Positions 30,903 through 40,766 of a stretch of DNA of 64,000 nucleotides are shown here, piece after piece (positions within the stretch are counted from its first letter, which is position 1; each line of letters opens with the position of its first letter). The notes beneath the pieces were generated by a model that was not told the DNA's origin, did not search any database, and saw only the letters and a list, made by a program, of their open reading frames with translations. The position numbers were made by a program, and so were the translations under genes. Source of the DNA: Terriglobia bacterium (GTDB lineage: Bacteria > Acidobacteriota > Terriglobia > JAJPHL01); the NCBI GenBank assembly GCA_963747095.1, contig CAVVEL010000002.1, positions 192,697 to 256,696 on the forward strand, given 5' to 3'.

Positions 30903-33900
30903 CGCTTACCCTGCCGGAACCGGTTCGGCGCCGGCAGGGACTTGCTGGTCTCGGGCTGCCGCGAGAATCGCGTCGCCAGCCGGTCGAACCAGATGTAGAT
31001 CACCGGCGTGGTGTACAGCGTCAACAGTTGGCTGATGAGCAGTCCGCCGATAATCGTAATTCCCAAAGGCCGGCGCAACTCCGAGCCGCTGCCGGAACCG
31101 AGGGCCAGCGGCACCGCGCCCAGCAGCGCCGCCATGGTGGTCATCATGATCGGACGGAAGCGCAGCAGGCAGGCCTGATAGATGGCGTCTTCCGGCTTCA
31201 TGCCCTCCTTGCGCTCCGCCGCGAGGGCGAAATCGATCATCATGATGGCGTTCTTTTTCACGATGCCGATCAGCAGGACGATGCCGATCAGCGCGATCAC
31301 GCTGAAATCGTTGCTGGCAAAGGATGAGAGCGAGCAGGGCGCCGACGCCCGCCGAAGGCAGCGCGGACAGGATCGTCAACGGATGAATGTAGCTTTCATA
31401 GAGGATGCCCAGGACGAGATAGACCGTGATCAGCGCCGCGGCAATCAGCACCGGCTCGTTGGCCAACGACGCCTGGAAGGCCTGGGCCGTGCCCTGATAG
31501 GCGGCCTGGATGCTGGGCGGCATGCCCATTTCGTCTTTCACTTTGTTCACGGCCTTGACGGCGTCGCCCAGGGATGCGTTCGGAGCCAGGTTGAAAGAGA
31601 GCGTCACCACGGGAAACTGGCCCTGGTGGTTCACGGTGATGGGAACGGTGGTCGTCTCCACGTGAGAGAAGGTGCTGAGCGGGATCTGGCCGCCGTTCGG
31701 AAACGCCGACGGAGGATTGAATCGAAGGAGCGATGGATCGCCGGAAGCCGAGCGTCGCGCCGGCCTGGATAAACAAATCGCTCAGGCTCGGAAGGATTCT
31801 TGTCGAACCCGGGCTTCACTTCCAGGACCACGTGATATTGGTTCAACTGCGTAAACATGGTCGACACTTCCCGCTGGCCGTAAGCGTCATATAGCGTTTG
31901 GTCGATCGCCGAGGTGGTGATTCCCAGGCGCGAGGCGGTGTTGCGATCGAACACCAGCTTCGCCCGCAGACCGAGGGTTTGCTGATCGCTGGCCACGTCG
32001 CTCAATTGCGGCAGCTTCTGCAGCTTGGCGAGCATCTGCGGCGCGAAGGTATTCAACTCGTCCACGTTGGGATCTTCCAGCGTGTACTGGAATTGCGTGC
32101 GGCTCACCCGGTCTTCCACCGAAAGATCCTGCACCGGCTGCATGAACAGCGTGATGCCCGGCACCTTCGCCAGTTCCGGCTGCAAGCGGCGAATGACGTC
32201 GCTGGCGCTGATCTTGCGCGCGGCGAGCGGTTTCAGGTTGATCAGAATGCGTCCGCTATTCAAGGTGGTATTGGTCCCGTCGATTCCGATGAAGGAGGAC
32301 AGATTATCGACGGCCGGATCCTGCAGAATGATCTTGGTCAACTGCTGCTGCTGTCTGGACATTTCCGGGAAGGACACCGACTGGGCCGCTTCGGAGACTC
32401 CCTGGATGACGCCGGTATCTTGAATGGGGAAGAATCCCTTGGGAATTACGAAGAACAGGAAGATGGTCAAGGCCGAGAGTCGCGGCCGCGACCAGCAGCG
32501 TCGCGAGCTGCCAGCCCAGCACCCACCTGCAGCGTCCTGCCATAGAAGGCGATGACCGCATTGAAGGCGTCGCTCCGAGGCGCGATAGAAGCGTCCCTGG
32601 CTCGCCTCGGGCGTGTGCTTCAACAGTTTGGAGCACATCATCGGAGTCAGCGTGAGCGAAACCACGGCCGAAGCCAGGATGGTCACGCTCAGCGTAACGG
32701 CAAATTCACGAAACAGGCGGCCCACGATATCGCCCATGAACAACAAAGGGATGAGAACGGCAATCAGGGAGACGGTCAGCGAGACGATGGTAAAGCCGAT
32801 TTGCGCGGAGCCTTTGAGCGCGGCTTCCAGCGGGGCGTCGCCCGCTTCGATGTAGCGGCGTGATGTTCTCGATCATGACGATGGCATCGTCCACCACGAA
32901 GCCGGTTGAAATCGTCAGGGCCATCAGCGTCAGGTTGTTCAAGCTGTAGCCGAGCAGATACATCACTCCGAACGTGGCGACCAGCGACAGCGGAACGGCG
33001 ATACCGGGAATGATGGTCGCGGCAATGTTGCGCAGGAAGAGGAACATGACCATCACCACCAGCGCCACCGTAAGCATCAGCTCGAACTGCACGTCGCTCA
33101 CGGAGGCCCGGATGGTGGTGGTCCGATCGGTCAGGATGCTGACGTGGATGGAGGCGGGCAGCGACGACGTGAGTTGCGGCAGCAGTTGCTTGATTCCGAT
33201 CGACCACCGAGATGATGTTCGCGCCGGGCTGCCGCTGAATATTCAAGATGACCGCGGGAGTCTGGTTCATCCAGGCGGCCTGCCGGATGTTCTCGGTGTC
33301 GTCGAGGATCGTGGCAACGTCGGTCAATTTGACGGGCGCGCCGTTCTTGTACGCGATGATGAGCGGCGCGTAATCGCTGCTGGAGAGCAACTGGTCGTTG
33401 GCTCCAATCTGGTAGCGCCTGATGCGCTCCGTCGAAGTTCCCTTTGGCCTGATTGACGTTGGCGGCGACGATGGCGGTGCGCAGATCCTCCAGATTGAGG
33501 CCGTAAGAGGCCATCGCCGTGGGATTCGCCTGAATCCGCACCGCCGGCTTCTGTCCGCCGCTGATGCTGACCAGGCCGACGCCCGGCAACTGCGACATCT
33601 TCGGCGCCAGCCGCGTGTCGGCGAGATCCTCCACCTTCGACAGCGGAAGCTCCGTCGAAGTCAGGGCCAGCGTCAGGATCGGCGTGTCGGCTGGATTGGT
33701 CTTGCTGTAGATCGGAGGAGCCGGCAGGTCCGCCGGAAGGTACGTGCCCGAGGCATTGATGGATTGCTGCACTTCCTGTTCGGCCACATCGATACTCAGG
33801 CTGAGGTTGAATTGCAGGGTGATCACCGAGCTCCCGTCGGAACTGGTGGAGGTCATCTGCTGGAGTCCGGGCACCTGCCCGAACTGGCGTTCGAGCGGCG

Positions 33901-34093
33901 CGGTCACCGAAGACGCCATCACGTCCGGGCTGGCGCCGGGATAGAACGTAGTGACTTGAATGATGGGATAATCCACCTCCGGCAACGCCGAAACCGGTAG
34001 CTGCGTGTATCCCACCGCGCCTGCCAGCAGGATGCCCACCATCAGCATCGTGGTGGCCACCGGCCGGAGAATGAAGATCCGGGACGGGTTCAT
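30899..34093 (-). pseudogene. RND efflux transporter (HAE1/AcrB-MdtB-like), at least five frame switches
   Basis: N-term ORF 33131..34093 ([29 protein letters not shown]...[33 protein letters not shown]), middle ORFs 32706..33101, 31631..32746, C-term ORF 30899..31300 (...[23 protein letters not shown]...[30 protein letters not shown]); ATGA overlap with downstream RND. Confidence 0.7.
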
Positions 34094-34163
34094 CTAGTTT
34101 CCCTTCGGCCATGCTGCCGTTGTCGAAAAGCTCCGGTTATGGTTAGGAGCCGTAACATCTTAC

Positions 34164-35684
34164 TTACTGGGTAATTGCGACGCATTCCATCCTCCGCCCA
34201 ATGCTTCGATCAGCAGCACGCTCGCCGTCAGGCGGCGGGTCAACAGGGTTACTGCTGGTTACGTCGGCGCTGAGCAGAGTTGCCTGTGCGGTGATGACCG
34301 TAAGATAATCCACCGTTCCCGAGCGGTACTGCGCCGTAGAGATGTCGAGAGCGCGCTGGGCGGCTTGAACGGTTTGCTGCACTTTGTCCGCCTCTGCCGC
34401 CAGAATGCGTAACGCGGCCAGATTGTCTTCCACCTGCTGCATCGCCGTCAGCACCGTCTCCCGATAAGCGGCCACGGTGGCGTCATAGGCGGCCTGCTGT
34501 TCCGCCACCACTCCGCGGCGGCGGCCGGCATCGAAAAGCGTTTCCGCCAGTTGCGGCCCAACCGACCAAAAGCGGCTGGGCCAGGTGAACCATTTTGCCA
34601 GGCTGGAACTTTCCAGCCCCGCGCTCCCCGTCAAGCTCAGGGTGGGATAGAAGGCCGCCATGGCGATTCCAATCTGCTCGTTGGCCGCGGCCACTTGCCG
34701 CTCCGCGCTGGCGATGTCCGGCCTTCGTTCCAGCAGTTCCGACAGGAACTCCCAGCGGTACCGGCGGGCGGAGAAGCGTTCAAGGCGACCGCCGGAATGG
34801 TGAGTTCCGCGGGCGCTTTGCCGATCAGGATGGCGATGGCATGTTCAAACGCCGCGCGCTGTACGCCCAGAGTCCATCAATTGCGACTGTACAGCGTACA
34901 GTTGCGACTCCGCCTGGGCAACGTCGAGGTCCGACGCGATGCCGGCGGCGAAGCGGTTCTGTGTCAGCGTGAGATATTCCTTATAGGACGCCTCGGTGCG
35001 CGTGAGTAACTCCGCTTCTCCGTCGTTGCCGTGAAGCCCGAAGTAGTCCTGCGCGAGTTCGGCCTGGTAGAGCAAGCGGGCATTTCCCACGTTGGCCGCC
35101 AGAGACTGGGCAGTCGCGGCACTGGCGGTCACACCGCGGCGGATGTTTCCCCAGAGATCCGGCTCCCACGAAACGTTGAACGGCAAACTGAAAGTTGTGT
35201 GGGTCGCCCGATGCTCCGGAACTGCTGCCAGCGGCGCTTCCGCTGTCCCGAGCCTCTGGCGTTGGTGATCGCCGGAGTCGTGGTCGCCGTCGGGAACAAC
35301 GCGGCATCGTGCCACGCTAACCGCCGCCTTGGCTTGCCGGTACTGCGCCTCTGCTTGCAGTACATTCTGGTTCGAAACGCTGACCTGTTCCTCCAGCGCG
35401 TTCAAGGCCGGATCGTTGTACAAGCTCCCACCATCGGCCTTTCGAGTAAGCGTCGCCGGGCTGCGATTGCTTCCACCCGGCCGCTTCCGCTTCCTTGAGG
35501 TTCCCGGGCGGCTGTTCTTTAAATGCCGGCGGAACGGCAGCCGAGGGCCGTTTGTAATTGGCCCGACTGTGCATCCCAACATGCATCCCAACATGCATCC
35601 CAACATGCAGGCGGTCGAAACCAGCAGCAAGGGAAGCAGTGACGCGACTCGCGCTTTTACCGGAAAGTTGGGAGACGAGTTCAT
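34164..35684 (-). CDS. Outer-membrane efflux lipoprotein (OprM/NodT/TolC family), apparent frameshifts ~34850 and ~34740
   Basis: Lipoprotein signal with CMLG x3 repeat, DLWGNIRRGV, NRFAAGIASDLDVAQAESQ, ELLERRPDIASAERQVAAANEQIGIAMAAFYPTLSL motifs spread over three frames. Confidence 0.7.
35572..35610. repeat. 12-bp tandem repeat catcccaacatg x3.2 inside lipoprotein signal/lipobox region of OMF gene
   Basis: Encodes (on minus strand) CMLG-CMLG-CMLG-C. Confidence 0.85.
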
Positions 35685-35700
35685 CTAGTTTCTCTTTGGG

Positions 35701-35781
35701 CCCGTGCCACCCTTTGAACCCGTGCCACCCTTTGAACCCGTGCCGCCTTTTGAGCCTGTGCCACCCTTTAGCCGTGCCGCC
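35701..35781. repeat. 18-bp tandem repeat (cccgtgccaccctttgaa) x4.5, intergenic between MFP stop and OMF start
   Basis: Minus-strand reading gives repeated ttcAAAGGGTGGcacggg units (Shine-Dalgarno-like) ending 17 nt before OMF ATG. Confidence 0.85.
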
Positions 35782-35789
35782 CGCAGCCG

Positions 35790-37103
35790 AGGTCTGGGCG
35801 TTGACCTTAGTGCCCTTCCTGCAGTTTGTCGACGCCGGTCATGACCACGACTTCTCCCGGCATCAGCCCCGAAGTGACTTCAGAGTCATCGCCTTCCGTA
35901 GTGCCGATGGTAATCGGTCGCACGGTCACCGTTGAATCCGGCTTCACGACGTACACATAGGTCGCTTGACGAGTTGCGTTGTATCGCGGCCGTTTGGCAC
36001 CAGGGTTACTCCGTGCTTTTCCTGTACCAGCAATCGCGCGTTTACGAACTGATTGGGAAACAGCGTACCTTTCGCGTTGTCGAATGTCGCTCTCAGCTTG
36101 AGCGTGCCGGTGGTCGGATCGATCTGATTATCGAGGGTGGTCAACGAGCCTTGCGCCAGCTTGGTCTTGGCGTCGCGGTCGTAAGCATCCACTTCGAGCG
36201 TCTGCCCGGCGGCCATCTTCTTGAGCACCACCTGAAGCTGATCTTCGGCGATAGTAAAGATCGCGCTGATCGGATCCATCTGTGTGATCACCACCAATCC
36301 GTTGGTGTCGGCCGACTTGAACGATATTCCCGGGGTCCACCAGCCGCAACCCGATGCGCCCCGTGACCGGAGCCGCGATCTTGCAGTAGGCCAGATTGAC
36401 CTGGGCGCTTTCGATTTGACCCTGATCGAGTTTCACGATTCCCTCGTCCTGATGCACGGTTGCCTGTTGGGTGGCAAGCTGTTGCTCCGGGACGGCTTTC
36501 TGCGGAACCAACTGTTGATAGCGGGCCAGGTCGATGCGCGCGTTTTCCAGGGCGGCCTGGTCCTTCATGCAGTTGCCCTTGGGCCTGGGTCAATGCCGCC
36601 TGATAGGGCCCGTCGTCAATTTCCGCTAACAGATCGCCCTTTTGAACGGTGTCGCCTTCCCGATAGCGAACGCTCATCAATTGCCCGTCGACCCGGGTTC
36701 TAACCGTAACGGTAGCGAGGGGCGTAACGGCGCCCAGGCCCGAATAATAGACGCCGATATCCCCCTTGCGGGATTTCGCCGCCACCACGGGTATGGGCGG
36801 CGGACCTTTTGCTGCGGCTTTCGCTGCGGCGGCTTTCTCACCGCTGATTGTTGGCCACAGAAAATACAAACCGATACCCAGCAACACAAGAACCAGCAGC
36901 ACCCACAGCCAGAAGTGGCCGGAACGCTTGGTCTTCTTGGGCTCATGAGCCTCGGGATGTTCTGTTGGGGTCGGGCTAGCAGGTGCGGATGCGGATGGGC
37001 CTGCTACTGGCTCGTACGCTTCGGGATGTTTTGTTGGGGACGGCCCGGGCGGTGCGGCATGAGCTTCAGGATGTTCTGTCGGCGTCCTGTAGTCGTCGGG
37101 CAT
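35790..37103 (-). CDS. RND-associated membrane fusion protein (HlyD/AcrA/MdtA family), apparent frameshifts ~36560 and ~36290; N-terminal PTEHPEAH repeats
   Basis: MPDDYRTPTEHPEAH..., TM helix FWLWVLLVLVLLGIGLYFLW, PVTGRIGLRLVDPGNIV, GTLKLRATFDNAKGTLFPNQFVNARLLV, end ...VTVRPITIGTTEGDDSEVTSGLMPGEVVVMTGVDKLQEGH*. Confidence 0.65.
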
Positions 37104-37308
37104 TGTGGTTTGTGACGCAGTGCAGCGACGGCCACGCCCTGAAAGCCAGATGACGGGCCGCAAAGCAGGAGCGAAAGCTCCCTGGAGAACATTTCGTTTC
37201 GACGAACCAGTTGCCTTGCCTCGCTGCACCTAGAGCACGGGATGGACCAATTGTTCTCATTGATACTGCCGGAGTTAGCAGAACTGCAAGTGCAGGTGAG
37301 AGTGCAAA

Positions 37309-37322
37309 AACTGCGCACGCAG
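37309..37322. promoter_or_regulatory. Perfect palindrome TGCAAA-ga-TTTGCA upstream of P-type ATPase (candidate operator)
   Basis: Embedded in a cluster of GTGCAAA motifs 37270..37325; related GAGTGCAAAC motif at ~39925 downstream of the same gene. Confidence 0.25.
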
Positions 37323-37433
37323 TGCAAAGATTTGCATTCGGGCCGAGGTTTCGTCGCTCTCGTGAGATCGACCTCTCCCCGCCGTAATGCTGGTTTCCGG
37401 CCGTTTGATCTGGTGGCGCAGCACGTGCAGGGG

Positions 37434-39797
37434 ATGGGAGCAGAGAGGTTGATTCTGTCGCCGTTACCTTCCAAGGACGCTCCGCCCTCGACCGGCCTCA
37501 CGAGCGATGAAGCCCGCCGCCGGCTTGAGAAGTTCGGTCCAAACGCAATGCCCGACACGCCGCTGCATCCGTTGCGCAGGGCGCTGACCAAGTTCTGGGC
37601 GCCGGTTCCATGGATGCTCGAGGCCGCGATCGTGCTCGAGATTGTCCTCGGCAAGTACGTCGAGGCCGCGATCATCGCGCTTCTCTGGCCTTCAACGCCG
37701 CTCTCGGGTTTCTTCCAGGAAGGGCGCGCTCAGGCGACTCTGGCCGCGCTGAAGTCGCGGCTCGCGCTGAACGCGTCGGTCCGCCGCGACAATGCTTGGG
37801 CGACCGTGCCCGCTGCCGGACTCGTGCCCGGCGATATTGTGAAGCTGTCGCTCGGCGCCGTGGTTGCCGCCGACGTGCGCCTGACCGAAGGCGGGATCCT
37901 GCTCGACCAGTCCATGCTCACCGGCGAATCCGTCCCGATCGAAGCGGGCCCGGGCTTCGAAACTTATGCGGGAGCGCTGGTGCGGCGCGGCGAAGCGGTT
38001 GCGGAGGTCACGGCGACCGGAGCGCGCACAAAGTTTGGACGCACCGCGGAACTGGTTCGCACCGCGCACGTCGAAAGTTCCCAGCAGAAGGCCGTTCTGC
38101 GCGTGGTGCGCAATCTCGCCATGTTCAATGGCGTCATCATCGTGATGCTGGTGGGGTATGCCTACGCTCTCAAGATGCCGCTGGAGTGAGATCATTCCCC
38201 TGGTGCTCACGGCGGTTCTGGCGTCGATCCCGGTAGCGCTGCCGGCTACCTTTACCCTTGCGGCGGCGCTCGGCGCGCGGGCTCTGGCGCATCTGGGCGT
38301 CCTTCCCACGCGGCTCTCCGCCGTGGATGAAGCGGCAAGCATCGACGTGCTGTGCGCGGATAAGACAGGCACGCTGACGCGCAACGAACTGAAGGTGACC
38401 GCCGTCCACCCCATGCCCGGCTTTGACGAATCGCACGTTCTGGGATTGGCCGCCCTGGCCAGTTCGGATGGCGGGCAGGATCCCGTGGACGCGGCCATCC
38501 GCTCCGCCGCCTCGCAAGGCCGCGGCCTCCGATCTGCCGAAACTGAGCAAATTTGTGCCTTTCGATTCCGCCACGAAGATGTCCGAGGCGACGGCCGTGG
38601 ATCCGGGCGGCGCCACGGTGCGTGTCGTGAAGGGAGCCTTTGCCGCAGTCATCGGCCTCGACGCAAGCATCGCCCGATGCGTCCACGACAGCGAGCCAAC
38701 TGGAGGCGCAGGGATTCCGGGTGCTGGCCGTCGCGGTGGGTCCGCCGAGCGGCGATGAAGCTCGCGGGAATCATCGCTCTCAGCGATCCGCCTCGAACGG
38801 ATTCGGCGGCGCTCATTACGGAGTTGCGCGCGTTGGGCGTCCGCACCGTCATGGTGACGGGCGATGCCCCGGCGACGGCCGCGATCGTGGCTCGACGCGG
38901 TAGGTCTCGATGGAGCGGTCTGTCCACCCGGGCCCATCCCCGACGGCGTACGCCCCGAGGATTTCGCGGTCTTCGCCGGCGTCCTCCCGGAAGGAAAGTA
39001 CAACCTCGTCAAGGCGTTCCAGAAGAGCGGCCACACTGTCGGCATGTGCGGCGACGGCGCCAACGACGCGCCGGCGCTGCGCCAGGCGCAGATGGGAATC
39101 GCGGTGTCAACCGCCACCGATGTTGCCAAGTCGGCGGCCGGCATCGTGCTGACCAAGCCAGGGCTCGGCGGCATCGTCGCTTCGGTAAAAGAAGGCCGCG
39201 TGACGTTCCAGCGCATCCTGACTTATACGCTAAACTCGGTGACCAAGAAAATCGTGCAGGTGCTCTTCCTGGCGGTGGGTCTGGTCATGACCGGACACGC
39301 GATCCTGACTCCCATGTTGATGGTCATCATCATGCTCACCGGCGACCTCCTCGGCATGTCCTTGACGACGGACAACGTGCGGCCGTCCCCGATGCCCAAT
39401 GCCTGGCGAATCGGCGAATTGACGATCGCGGGTGTCTTCATGGGAATCTCCGAGCTGGTCTTTTGCACCGCCGTCCTGGCCATCGCCAAATTCCGCCTGG
39501 GTCTTGGAATCGAAGCGCTAAGAACTCTGGCCTTCGTGGCCATCGTGTTCGGCAATCAAGCAACGACCTATACGAATCGTGAACGCCAGCGCCTGGGGTC
39601 TCGCTCGTCCAAGCCGGTGGCTCGTCGGGTCGTCTGTGGTTGATGTGCTGATCGCCTCAACGCTGGCGACTTGCGGAATCGCCATGACTCCTCTGCCGAT
39701 ATTCGTGGTGGGAGGAATACTCGTGGCGGCAGCGCTTTTCGCATTCATCTTGGACTTTGCCAAAGTCCCCGTGTTCAATCGTCTCAGGATTGGCTAG
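37434..39797 (+). CDS. P-type ATPase, type III (plasma-membrane H+/Mg2+-ATPase-like), apparent frameshifts ~38170, ~38890, ~39600
   Basis: GLTSDEARRRLEKFGPN, TGESVPIEAG, ICADKTGTLTRNEL, MVTGDAPATAAIVAR, MCGDGANDAPALRQAQMGIAV, C-terminal TM segments spread over four ORFs. Confidence 0.7.
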
Positions 39798-39981
39798 ACG
39801 AAGGGCGGCGACCGGCAGATTTCGTATTATTCTGAGTGTTGCTCTGGCACCGCCCTTCCACACCGCCCTTCCGCCCTTGACTTTTTTAGACAGCCGGTTT
39901 CCGCCGCAAACAAATCACCGCGAGTTGCGTGCGAGTGCAAACGCTGAACTTGCGAAACAGGTTTTGACGTGAAACCTGACA

Positions 39982-40766
39982 GTGTTTTCGCTGATGGCCA
40001 TCCGCGAAGAAATTTCCCGGTCGCTGAGTGCGGAGACAATCAGGTCCAACAGTTCGCTTTCGCGTCGCGTCAGCGCAGGTGACAAAACCCCGTCCGGTCG
40101 GTGCCGCATAGCCGCTCAGCATATTTCCATCTGGCATTCCAGTCAGATTCAAGGAACCGTCGTTGCCGGCAAGACCGGCAGCGCTTTGAGCGGAGCCACC
40201 GTCACGGCCTACCGGATCAGCCCCTCGCCAACCGTGCGCAACTCGGCCACCGCCGCGAAGGACGGCACCTTCACCATGCGCGGGCTGGCCGCGGGCCATT
40301 ACGGCCTCTGCGTGGTCAACAACAGCGGAACGCTGCTCAACTCCTGCGAATGGCTGAGTACCCAAACGACCGTTGATGTGGCAACGGCAAGACAGCCGGG
40401 CCGGTGACGGTCAAAGCGTTGCTGGCCTCCACCGTGCAGGTGCAAGTAAACGACGCCGGCAGCTTCCTCAGCCAAGGACCGTCGGCGGTCCCGCCACATG
40501 TTCTGGTCGGAGTGTGGGATGGGCACGGTGGTTTCCACCCGGCCCTGGAAGTCCAGAAGACCTCGTCCGGGATCACTTTCCAAGCCAGCATCCCCTACGA
40601 CACGCCGCTCCGGCTCCAGGTTCAAAGCAAGCACGTGGTCCTCCAAGACAGCAACCAGCAGTTGCTGCCCGCTAGCGGTTCCAGCGCGATCTTTTCGAGC
40701 GACTCCAGCAAGAGTCCGGCACAACAGCCGGTGTTCGCGTACACCGCGATTGGCAGGAATCCATGA
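39982..40766 (+). CDS. Hypothetical protein with carboxypeptidase-regulatory-like (Cna-B type) beta-sandwich, apparent frameshift ~40400; start uncertain
   Basis: QGTVVAGKTGSALSGATVTAYRISPSPTVRNSATAAKDGTFTMRGLAAGHYGLCV resembles CarboxypepD_reg domains common in Acidobacteria. Confidence 0.3.
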
